A stretch of DNA of 39,848 nt from Eubacteriales bacterium (GCA_045540975.1 JAZQIE010000134.1:1-39848); one strand, 5' to 3'. Shown: positions 8,312-16,463, numbered from the stretch's first letter. Made by a program: numbers and translations. The notes: generated from the sequence alone by a model not told the origin.

Positions 8312-9045
8312 GCATCAATTTCAAAGTAATTCTTCAAGATTTCTTTCGCGTGATTTTCGCTTAAAATTCGAATTTTCGAAACTTTTGCACCATGTTTTTC
8401 AGAAAACACATCTCCGCTGATTGAGATATGACCATCCGGTAATTTTAGCGATACCATCAACCCATGCACAAACGGTTCTTCCTCGGAGGTCGCGCAAAAA
8501 TAGTTGGTCGGTTGGAAATCCAACGTCTTACATTCGTGGGTTTCAAACTCCATCATCGGAACAAACCCTTCTTCTCTTTGCAAATACAAGATGTTATCCA
8601 CAATCCGATATCCACGGTTTCCGTAAAAAACCGCTCCTCCGTCAAGACAGACCGCGCCAATCGGCGCGGGTCCTCCAAACCCGACATCGCAAAACCAAAC
8701 CTTACCGTCAAGTTGAACCAAAATTCCGCAATGTGTTTGCGGCGGTAACACCTCTCGGTCAAGCAGAATCCGCACTCGTACACAGAATGCATCAAACCCG
8801 ATTTCTCGCAGCAAACGGCAAAACAGTGTGTTCAGTTCAAAACAATAGCCACCGCGATGACGGGTTACAATTTTATCGAACAGGGCATCCTCTTCCAAAG
8901 ACGGAACAAGGCGGGCGCAGTACACATCAATATTTTCAAACGGAACCGAATGCAGTTGACAAGAAATAAGATCATTCAGGCACGCAAGTGTTGTCTCAGG
9001 TTTTTTAGTATAACCAATCCGTTCCAGATACTTTGAAACATTCAT
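8308..9045 (-). CDS. Arylamine N-acetyltransferase (NAT family)
   Basis: ORF is 8308-9093. The start is placed at ATG 9045 (MNVSKYLERIGY). NAT catalytic-triad contexts are present: RGGYCFELN (Cys), THCGILV (His) and WFCDVGFGG (Asp). N-terminal HSVPFENIDV block. Confidence 0.85.
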   Translation of the reverse strand: MNVSKYLERIGYTKKPETTLACLNDLISCQLHSVPFENIDVYCARLVPSLEEDALFDKIVTRHRGGYCFELNTLFCRLLREIGFDAFCVRVRILLDREVLPPQTHCGILVQLDGKVWFCDVGFGGPAPIGAVCLDGGAVFYGNRGYRIVDNILYLQREEGFVPMMEFETHECKTLDFQPTNYFCATSEEEPFVHGLMVSLKLPDGHISISGDVFSEKHGAKVSKIRILSENHAKEILKNYFEIDA

Positions 9046-9062
9046 ACTTTCACTCCAACAAA

Positions 9063-9088
9063 GGAAAGCCGCCCAATGGACGGCTTTC
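9063..9088 (-). terminator. Weak terminator-like hairpin after thrS
   Basis: On the minus strand: GAAAGCCG, a 9-nt loop, CGGCTTTC, followed by CTTTGTTGG (a poor U-tract). It lies between the thrS stop (9093) and the NAT start (9045). Confidence 0.4.
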
Positions 9089-9092
9089 ATCA

Positions 9093-11021
9093 TTATTCTT
9101 CTGTTGCCATTTCCTCGCGGCGCGCACGGGTCGCAATTTCGGTCATAATCTGCTCAATGAATGCAGCAAGTTCCTTCTGACCTTCTTCGCCTTCAAAACG
9201 GCTTCTGACAGAAACCATACCGGCTTCTTCTTCCTTCTGACCAACAATGAGCATATACGGAATACGTTCATTGCGCGCTTCACGAATCTTGTAACCAATC
9301 TTTTCGGCGCGTTCATCCATCTCTGCGCGGATGCCCGCCGCCTTCAGTTCTGCAACAACACGGTTTCCGTAGTCAAAATACTTATCGGAAATCGGAAGCA
9401 CCTTAACCTGAACAGGAGCCAACCAAGTCGGGAATTTACCCGCAAAATGCTCGGTCAAAATACCGATGAAACGCTCAATCGAGCCGAAGCAGACGCGGTG
9501 AATCATAATCGGGCGATGTGCCTCGCCGTCTGCACCGATATACTCCACTTCAAAGCGCTGCGGCAACTGGAAGTCAAGCTGAATGGTGCCGCACTGCCAG
9601 CTTCTGCCGATTGCATCAACAAGGTGGAAGTCAATCTTCGGGCCGTAGAACGCACCGTCGCCTTCATTGACAACATAATCGAGGCCCATTTCATCCAAAG
9701 CACCGCGCAAACCGTCGGTCGCGAGTTCCCAATCTTCGTCGCTGCCCATGGAGTCTTCCGGACGGGTAGAAAGCTCGATGAAATACTTAAACCCAAAGAG
9801 CTGATACACTTCATCAATCAAGCGCACAACACCCTTGATTTCGTCACGGATCTGATCCGGAGTCATGAAGATGTGCGCATCGTCCTGATTAAAGCAACGA
9901 ACGCGCATGAGGCCGTGCAGTGCACCGGACTTCTCATGGCGATGTACCAAACCGACTTCCGCCAAACGAAGCGGCAGTTCACGGTAAGAGTGCGGCTGAG
10001 ACTGATACACCATGACACCGCCCGGGCAGTTCATCGGCTTGATTGCAAAATCCTCTTCGTCGATGACGGTGGTGTACATATTTTCCTGATAATGATCCCA
10101 ATGCCCCGAGGTTTCCCACAAACGGCGGTTGAGCATAATCGGAGTGGAGATTTCCACATAACCCTCGCGTTCATGAATTTCACGCCAATACTGCATCAAG
10201 GTATTCTTAAGCAGCATACCTTTCGGGAGGAAGAACGGGAAGCCGGGACCTTCGTCACGGAACATGAAGAGACCGAGTTCCTTACCGATTCTTCTGTGGT
10301 CACGCTTCTTTGCTTCTTCCAGCATGGTAACATATGCTTCCAAATCCGCATTCTTGGTAAAAGCGGTACCGTAAATACGGGTCAGCATCTTATTGTTTTC
10401 GTTTCCGCGCCAATATGCGCCCGCAAGCTTCATCAACTTAAATGCCTTGACCTGCTTGGTAGACATCAAGTGCGGGCCTGCACACAAGTCGGTAAACTCA
10501 CCTTGCTTGTACAAGCTGATGATTGCATCTTCAGGAAGGTCCTCGATGAGTTCCACTTTATACATCTCATTCTGCTTCTTGAAAAATTCGATTGCTTCCG
10601 CACGCGGAAGTTCAAACCGTTCAAGCGGAAGATTCTCTTTGACAATCTTCTTCATCTCTGCTTCAATCGCTTCAAAATCATCGGTAGTGAAGGTTCTTTC
10701 ACTATCGATATCGTAGTAAAAGCCGTCATCGACAGACGGACCGATTGCAAGCTGAGTTTCCGGGAACAGACGCTTGATTGCCTGCGCCAGAATATGAGAT
10801 GCGGTGTGACGGAATGCGTCCTTGCCGCCCTTATCGTCAAAGGTCAGGATGCTGACCGCACAATCGCGGTCAACAACGGTACGCAAGTCAACGCGTTCAC
10901 CGTCAATCTCGCCCGCGCATGCTACACGAGCAAGACCTTCGCTCAAATCCTTTGCAATGTCAAGTACTGTCATCGGTGCTGCGTATTCCTTTACAGAACC
11001 GTCTTTCAAAGTAATTTTCAT
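9093..11021 (-). CDS. thrS: Threonine--tRNA ligase
   Basis: 642 aa. N-terminal TGS domain (MKITLKDGSVKEY), editing-domain motif FRHTASHILAQA, class II catalytic core, and a C-terminal anticodon-binding domain. Confidence 0.97.
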   Translation of the reverse strand: MKITLKDGSVKEYAAPMTVLDIAKDLSEGLARVACAGEIDGERVDLRTVVDRDCAVSILTFDDKGGKDAFRHTASHILAQAIKRLFPETQLAIGPSVDDGFYYDIDSERTFTTDDFEAIEAEMKKIVKENLPLERFELPRAEAIEFFKKQNEMYKVELIEDLPEDAIISLYKQGEFTDLCAGPHLMSTKQVKAFKLMKLAGAYWRGNENNKMLTRIYGTAFTKNADLEAYVTMLEEAKKRDHRRIGKELGLFMFRDEGPGFPFFLPKGMLLKNTLMQYWREIHEREGYVEISTPIMLNRRLWETSGHWDHYQENMYTTVIDEEDFAIKPMNCPGGVMVYQSQPHSYRELPLRLAEVGLVHRHEKSGALHGLMRVRCFNQDDAHIFMTPDQIRDEIKGVVRLIDEVYQLFGFKYFIELSTRPEDSMGSDEDWELATDGLRGALDEMGLDYVVNEGDGAFYGPKIDFHLVDAIGRSWQCGTIQLDFQLPQRFEVEYIGADGEAHRPIMIHRVCFGSIERFIGILTEHFAGKFPTWLAPVQVKVLPISDKYFDYGNRVVAELKAAGIRAEMDERAEKIGYKIREARNERIPYMLIVGQKEEEAGMVSVRSRFEGEEGQKELAAFIEQIMTEIATRARREEMATEE

Positions 11022-11052
11022 TTCAAGTGCCCCTTTTGCTTCAATTAGAAAT

Positions 11053-11061
11053 ATTATACCA
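11053..11061 (-). promoter_or_regulatory. Candidate extended -10 promoter element for thrS
   Basis: The minus strand reads TGGTATAAT (TGnTATAAT type), about 30 nt upstream of the thrS ATG. The whole AraC-stop to thrS-start spacer is only 57 nt. Confidence 0.4.
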
Positions 11062-11078
11062 TGCTTTTTTTCATTCGT

Positions 11079-11879
11079 CTACACAGTTTTTTGCAAAAAT
11101 TGTCTTTGTTCCTTCCGATACCGCATCGGTGTCGTTCCAAACTCTTTTTTGAAGCAGTCATTGAAACTCCGAATGCTTTGAAACCCACTCTCCAAAGCAA
11201 CTTCTGTGACGTCCATATCACTCTCAACCAGTAAAGAAACTGCGGCATCCAACCGAAATGTTTTTAAAAACTCGGGAAATGACATCTCAAAGATTTTATG
11301 AAAGCATTTGGACAAATAGTGGTAATTATAGCCCAATTCTTTTGCCAGAAGGGAAAGTGAAATCTGCCTGCGGTAATTGTTTGCAACATAATCAAATATC
11401 AACCGCATCATTCCTCTGTTTTTCACATCTCTTTTATACAGGGAAACCGACGAAACAAACGCCTCACACACAGCATACAAACACGCCTTCAACAGAAACA
11501 ACGGCGGTTGTGTTTCACATATCAAGGTTTCACACAAAAAACGTTCGACCTCAGGTGAACAGTAAAACGTGAATCCGTCGTTGATTTTCCCCTCTGTCAT
11601 TTTCGCAAATTCGGAAACAAAATCCCCCGAAAAAACGCAAACCCAGCATTTAGAATCACCCATCGACTCGACCGAATGAATTTCGTTGGAAAGAACCATT
11701 GCAAACTGTCCCTTTCGCAAGACCGCAGAACGTTCTTCCACCGTGCATTTGATTTCGCCCGAAAGCACATAAATCAACTCAAAATTTCGGTGAAAATGCG
11801 AGTGAAAATCAACATTTTGATAAAACACCGCATTGTAAGAATGATTGCCTCTTGAATTAAACGGCTGATGATAAACCAT
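11079..11879 (-). CDS. AraC family transcriptional regulator (cupin sensor domain plus AraC-type HTH)
   Basis: The ORF-track ORF (11079-11894) starts at a TTG. I prefer ATG 11879 (MVYHQPF), after GAGG. N-terminal cupin (HSHFHRNFELIYVLSGEI) and a C-terminal double HTH (VTEVALESGFQSIRSFNDCFKKEFGTTPMRYR). It is divergent from the GRE activase. Confidence 0.85.
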   Translation of the reverse strand: MVYHQPFNSRGNHSYNAVFYQNVDFHSHFHRNFELIYVLSGEIKCTVEERSAVLRKGQFAMVLSNEIHSVESMGDSKCWVCVFSGDFVSEFAKMTEGKINDGFTFYCSPEVERFLCETLICETQPPLFLLKACLYAVCEAFVSSVSLYKRDVKNRGMMRLIFDYVANNYRRQISLSLLAKELGYNYHYLSKCFHKIFEMSFPEFLKTFRLDAAVSLLVESDMDVTEVALESGFQSIRSFNDCFKKEFGTTPMRYRKEQRQFLQKTV

Positions 11880-11973
11880 ACGCACCTCAAACAAGACAAA
11901 TTTCTGCCATTATTGTACAACAAATAGCGAGATAATGTCAAGATTCCGTGTTATTTTAAGTTTGGTGATAAAG

Positions 11974-12786
11974 ATGACAACTGCTAAAATCTTTTCAATC
12001 GAAGAGTTTTCCACCTTTGACGGTCCCGGCATTCGCACAACCGTCTTTCTCAAAGGCTGTCCGCTCAGATGCAGTTGGTGTCACAACCCGGAGGGACAAT
12101 CCTTTGAGGACGAAGTCATAAAAGCACAAGGCTGTGTTAATTGCGGTGCTTGTCAAAACGGACAGTACATCGAACGCTGTCCCAAACATCTGTTGCGAAA
12201 CTGTTCGCAAGAATACACTCCAAAAGAATTGATTTCGGAATTGGAGGGCAGTTTTGAATACTTGATTCAAGCCGGGGGCGGAATCACATTTTCCGGCGGC
12301 GAGCCGTTGAGTCATCCGCGATTTTTAAGTGAGTGTCTCGCCTTGTTGCAAGGGAGAATTCACACCGCGATCCAGACAAGCGGCTACGCTCCCTCATCGC
12401 AGTTTGCATCTGTGCTGACGCTTGCGGACTACGTTCTGTTCGATTTGAAACTGATGGATGAACAGCAGCATCTCGAGTACACCGGTGTCAGCAATCGATT
12501 GATTTTGGAAAACTTTTCTCTGCTTTCGGAATCGGGAAAACAATTCGTTGTGCGCACCCCTTTGATTCCCAGGGTAACCGATACCGCCGAAAACTTGCAA
12601 ATGATTGCAGAGTGTTTGAAGTTTCATAATGTTGATACAATCGAACTCCTTCCCTACAACAAGTCTGCAGGCGGAAAATACGGGGCAATCGGGCGCGAAT
12701 ATACACCGCGTTTTGACGAAGCGCTTGCACCGACTCCGCGCATTGAATTGTTCCGTTCATACGGAATCCATGCAAAATTACTGTGA
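11974..12786 (+). CDS. Glycyl-radical enzyme activating protein (radical SAM)
   Basis: ORF is 11935-12786. The start is placed at ATG 11974 (MTTAKIFSIEEFSTFDGPGIRTTVFLKGCPLRCSWCHNPE), the typical GRE-AE N-terminus with CX3CX2C. It has one extra Cys motif (CVNCGACQNGQYIERCP) and a GGEP-type SAM motif (FSGGEPL). Confidence 0.9.
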   Translation: MTTAKIFSIEEFSTFDGPGIRTTVFLKGCPLRCSWCHNPEGQSFEDEVIKAQGCVNCGACQNGQYIERCPKHLLRNCSQEYTPKELISELEGSFEYLIQAGGGITFSGGEPLSHPRFLSECLALLQGRIHTAIQTSGYAPSSQFASVLTLADYVLFDLKLMDEQQHLEYTGVSNRLILENFSLLSESGKQFVVRTPLIPRVTDTAENLQMIAECLKFHNVDTIELLPYNKSAGGKYGAIGREYTPRFDEALAPTPRIELFRSYGIHAKLL

Positions 12787-12797
12787 GGTGATATTAA

Positions 12798-14792
12798 ATG
12801 ACAGCACGCATTAAATCCTTGCTGAAACTATTAAAAAGCGGCTCTTACAAAGAGTACCGCGTATCACAGCCTCTTGCTTTGACAGAGGAAGAATCTCGGC
12901 TTACCGCAATGGAGCAAGAGGCAGTTATGCTCCGCGGAATGTTGGAATCCGAATTACCTGCGCACTTTTTTGCGCATGACCGCATCGGCTTTCACAGACG
13001 AAATACCGAATACTATCATTATCTCCCCTTTTATTTCCACGGCGGAAATATGGCACCCGATTACGAGACCCTCCTTAAGTACGGTATGGATGATTTGCTC
13101 GACCGTCTTGAGGCACAGCCGCAGACAGATTTTACGGTTTCTGCCGCATCTTGCATTCGCGCAGTACTGAACTTTTCCGATCGGTACCGCGACGCCGCAA
13201 AAGAAGCAGGCTGTAACGAGTTGTATCAATCGCTCTGCCGTGTTCCGCACAATGGCGCAACCACACTTCTTGAGGCGTGTGTATTCTTAAAATTTATTAT
13301 TTATACCCTTCGTTGCAATCGCAACACCCATATCACCTTGGGACGGTTTGACAAGTATCTGCGACCGTACTTTGAATCAGATTTAAAATCGGGCGTTGCA
13401 CGGGAAGATTTGCTCGAAATCATAGAAGAATTCTACATTTCCATCAATTTTGACACAGATTTATATTTCGGAATTCAAGCCGGAGATAACGGTCAAAGTC
13501 TTGTTCTCGGCGGTTGCGGAAGTTTTGATGATTTTTCGCATTTGTGCATGGAGGCTGCGCTCGAACTCAATCTGATTGATCCCAAAATCAATCTGCGCGT
13601 GGATAAAAACACATCGGATGATTTGTACGAATTTGCTACACTCATGACAAAGCAAGGCATGGGGTTTCCCCAATACTGCAATGACGATGTAATCATTCCG
13701 AGTTTGATTGCTCTTGGCTACGCGCCCGAAGATGCCAAGGATTACGCGGTTGCCGCTTGCTGGGAACCGATTATCCCTGCGAAGGGCTACGATGTACCCA
13801 ATATCGCGATTTTCAATTTCCCGCAAATCATCAATCAGGTAGTTACAACGAAATTACTCGATTGCGACACATTCGAGGCACTCTTGGAAGAAGTAAAAAC
13901 CGCAATTGATTCAGAGTGTGCGGCACTGCCCCAAAAAGTGTCGGAAAACATTGTCCGCACATATTCTCACCATTTACGGCCCTCGCCCTATCTTTCCGCA
14001 ATGATCGGCGGCTGTATCGAATCGGGCAAAGACTTATCACAAGGCGGACCGATTTATAAAAACTTTGGATGCCATGCACCCGGTATCACCACCGCGGCAG
14101 ACTCTCTGGCGGCAATCTATCAAGTCATTTATCAAAACAAAGAGTATTCAAAAGAAACCTTGCTCGAAGCATTAAATGCAGACTTTGAAGGGTTTGAGGC
14201 GCTCAGAAACCGCTTGCTTTCCTGCCCTAAAACAGGTAATGCAGACCCCGTTGCTGACAATCTTGCAAATCTGTTGGTGACCCGGTTTGGCGATGCGCTA
14301 AGTGGCCGACCCAACGGATACGGCGGTGTTTTTCGCGCAGGCACCGGAAGCGCGCAAGGATATATCTATGACGCTGAAAAAGTAGGCGCGACCGCAGACG
14401 GAAGAAAGGCGGGTCATCCATACAGCTGCAGTTTATCCCCGACTCCCGAGGCTAAAACAAAAGGTCCCATCTCTTGCATTCGTTCATTTACCGGTCTTGA
14501 CTACACCAAAGCCATCAACGGCGGACCTGTAACAATGGAATTGCACGATACGGTATTCCGCAATGAGGAGGGCATCAAAAAGGTTGCACAGTTGGTCAAA
14601 CTGTTTATTTCAAACGGCGGACATCAGCTTCAACTCAACACGCTCAGTCGTGAGCGATTGCTGGATGCTTTGGAACATCCGGAGGAACACAAAAACTTGA
14701 TTGTTCGTGTTTGGGGTTGGAGCGGATATTTCAATGAATTGGAGCGTCCGTTCCGGGAGCACATCATCAATCGAGTGGAACATCAGGTATAA
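12798..14792 (+). CDS. Glycyl radical enzyme, PFL2/dehydratase-like, unusually short (664 aa); substrate unknown
   Basis: SD GAGGTG lies 7 nt before the ATG. The C-terminal glycyl-radical domain reads LIVRVWGWSGYFNEL (Gly640). The Cys loop reads YAVAACWEPIIP (Cys321, Glu323). PFL2-type blocks LVLGGCG...DPKINLRV...GMGFPQYCNDD are present. It sits immediately downstream of its activase. Confidence 0.9.
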   Translation: MTARIKSLLKLLKSGSYKEYRVSQPLALTEEESRLTAMEQEAVMLRGMLESELPAHFFAHDRIGFHRRNTEYYHYLPFYFHGGNMAPDYETLLKYGMDDLLDRLEAQPQTDFTVSAASCIRAVLNFSDRYRDAAKEAGCNELYQSLCRVPHNGATTLLEACVFLKFIIYTLRCNRNTHITLGRFDKYLRPYFESDLKSGVAREDLLEIIEEFYISINFDTDLYFGIQAGDNGQSLVLGGCGSFDDFSHLCMEAALELNLIDPKINLRVDKNTSDDLYEFATLMTKQGMGFPQYCNDDVIIPSLIALGYAPEDAKDYAVAACWEPIIPAKGYDVPNIAIFNFPQIINQVVTTKLLDCDTFEALLEEVKTAIDSECAALPQKVSENIVRTYSHHLRPSPYLSAMIGGCIESGKDLSQGGPIYKNFGCHAPGITTAADSLAAIYQVIYQNKEYSKETLLEALNADFEGFEALRNRLLSCPKTGNADPVADNLANLLVTRFGDALSGRPNGYGGVFRAGTGSAQGYIYDAEKVGATADGRKAGHPYSCSLSPTPEAKTKGPISCIRSFTGLDYTKAINGGPVTMELHDTVFRNEEGIKKVAQLVKLFISNGGHQLQLNTLSRERLLDALEHPEEHKNLIVRVWGWSGYFNELERPFREHIINRVEHQV

Positions 14793-14825
14793 AAAAACGG
14801 TTGGGAAATCCCAACCGTTTTTTCT
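14792..14825. terminator. Bidirectional intrinsic terminator (GRE / obg)
   Basis: AAAAAAACGGTTGGGAAATCCCAACCGTTTTTTCT: GC-containing stem ACGGTTGG / CCAACCGT, flanked by an A-run and a T-run. It lies between the convergent GRE stop (14792) and obg stop (14824). Confidence 0.85.
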
Positions 14826-16095
14826 ATCGAACATATTCGAATTCAAGATCGTAGATGATGATGGTATCGTTTTCTTTGACACCGCGCGCCTCCAAGGCAT
14901 CATAGACACCGTGTTGACGGAGCAGGCGCTCAAAGTACATGCGGGACTCATAATCCTCAAAGTTGACGGAGCCCATTGCACGGACAATCCAATCACCTTC
15001 CACCTGCCAAACATCGCCGTCGAGGCGTGAGATGGTAATGGAATAATCATCACGCACCACTTCGGGTGCAACATAATCCGGGGTGTAAACCTGAATCGGC
15101 GGAAGTTTGGATAAGTCCTCCGCAATGCGATTTAATAGCGCGTCTACCCCCTGACGGGTTGCCGCGGACATTTCGTAATACGGGAGGCCTTGTGCTTTAA
15201 TGTACTCGGCAAATCCGTCCGCCACTTCACGGTCAAACACTAAATCCACCTTGTTTCCGACCACAATCTGCGGACGGCTTGCAAGCTCGGGATTATATTT
15301 TTCGAGTTCTTCGTTGATTGCCTTGAAATCCTCAATCGGGTCACGGCCTTCACAGCCCGAAACATCCACAATATGCACCAAAAGACGGCAACGGTCAATA
15401 TGCCGCAGGAACTGATGACCAAGACCCGCACCGTCAGATGCGCCTTCGATGATACCGGGAATATCCGCCATGACATAAGAGAACTCTTCATTCACTCGTA
15501 CCACACCGAGATTCGGAACCAAGGTGGTAAAGTGATAGTTCGCAATTTTCGGACGTGCGGCACTGACCACCGAGAGAAGTGTGGATTTTCCGACATTCGG
15601 GAATCCTGCCAAGCCGACATCCGCAAGAAGCTTCAATTCCAAACGGACAAACATACTCTGCCCTTCAAGGCCGGGTTTTGCAAAGCGCGGTGCCTGACGG
15701 GTCGGTGTTGCGAAATGCTGATTTCCCCAGCCTCCGCGACCGCCTTTACACAGCACAAAGCGCTCGATGTTGGACATGTCGACCACAAGCGCGCCGGATT
15801 CTTCATCATACACCAGAGTCCCGCGCGGAACACGGATTTCCAAATCCTGACCGTCACGACCGGTGCAGCGTTTTCCGCTTCCGTTTTCCCCGTTTCCCGC
15901 AGTAAATTTACGTTTATAGCGGAATTCTACCAGAGTGGACATATGGTGATCGACCACAAGAACAATGTCACCGCCGCGACCGCCGTCACCACCGTCCGGT
16001 CCACCGGATGCAATATATTTTTCACGGTGAAATGCAACCGCGCCGTCACCGCCGCGACCTGCAGTAAACCGTACTTTTGCAACATCAACAAACAT
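14824..16095 (-). CDS. obg: GTPase Obg/CgtA
   Basis: 423 aa. Gly-rich Obg fold (GGPDGGDGGRGGDIVL), G1 GFPNVGKST, G3 DIPG, G4 NKVD, and a C-terminal OCT domain. Confidence 0.97.
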   Translation of the reverse strand: MFVDVAKVRFTAGRGGDGAVAFHREKYIASGGPDGGDGGRGGDIVLVVDHHMSTLVEFRYKRKFTAGNGENGSGKRCTGRDGQDLEIRVPRGTLVYDEESGALVVDMSNIERFVLCKGGRGGWGNQHFATPTRQAPRFAKPGLEGQSMFVRLELKLLADVGLAGFPNVGKSTLLSVVSAARPKIANYHFTTLVPNLGVVRVNEEFSYVMADIPGIIEGASDGAGLGHQFLRHIDRCRLLVHIVDVSGCEGRDPIEDFKAINEELEKYNPELASRPQIVVGNKVDLVFDREVADGFAEYIKAQGLPYYEMSAATRQGVDALLNRIAEDLSKLPPIQVYTPDYVAPEVVRDDYSITISRLDGDVWQVEGDWIVRAMGSVNFEDYESRMYFERLLRQHGVYDALEARGVKENDTIIIYDLEFEYVR

Positions 16096-16125
16096 TTTAT
16101 TCTCCCCTTTCCATAGGGTATTGTA

Positions 16126-16159
16126 TCAAAATAGGGGCCGCTTGATACAGCAGCCCCTA
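16126..16159 (-). terminator. Terminator/attenuator hairpin between rpmA and obg
   Basis: On the minus strand: TAGGGGC, a 14-nt loop, GCCCCTA, followed by TTTTGATAC. Confidence 0.55.
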
Positions 16160-16177
16160 CCAGATTTTCCGTTCTGA

Positions 16178-16459
16178 TTATGCCATCGGGATAACAGAAA
16201 CCTGCTTACGGTCACGGCCCAGACGCTCAAAGCGAACCACGCCGTCAGTCAATGCAAACAGGGTGTCATCGGAACCGATGCCAACATTCTTACCCGGATG
16301 GATGCTGGTGCCGCGCTGACGAACCAGAATGTTACCTGCGATAACAGCCTGACCGTCTGCACGCTTTACGCCCAGACGCTTGGACTCAGAGTCACGGCCG
16401 TTCTTGGTGGAACCGACACCCTTCTTATGAGCAAAAAATTGAATCTGTAATTTCAGCAT
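16178..16459 (-). CDS. rpmA: 50S ribosomal protein L27 with a cleavable N-terminal extension
   Basis: [30 protein letters not shown]. This is the Firmicute-type pro-sequence ending in FF before AHKKG, the known Prp cleavage context. SD GGAGGTG. Confidence 0.97.
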   Translation of the reverse strand: MLKLQIQFFAHKKGVGSTKNGRDSESKRLGVKRADGQAVIAGNILVRQRGTSIHPGKNVGIGSDDTLFALTDGVVRFERLGRDRKQVSVIPMA

Positions 16460-16463
16460 TGGT

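Noticed and set aside
9033-11048. Very long antisense ORFs: 671 aa opposite thrS. Also 7401-8420 opposite trkA, 3055-4158 opposite nhaC, 15373-16116 opposite obg, 28869-29840 opposite tgt, 32978-34195 opposite asd, and 35890-37173 opposite metH.
   Set aside because: I checked the phase of each of these seven. Every one is codon-aligned with the sense gene (same coordinate modulo 3). Antisense stops therefore arise only from the sense codons TTA, CTA and TCA, which these genes largely avoid. The translations are low-complexity (F/H/R/N/C-rich), have no SD and no recognisable domains. They are codon-usage artefacts, not overlapping genes.
11935-11973. A longer start for the GRE activase (MSRFRVILSLVIK...).
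   Set aside because: GRE activases normally begin about 10 residues before the DGPGIR block. ATG 11974 gives that. The longer form adds a hydrophobic peptide with a poor SD. This is not fully excluded.
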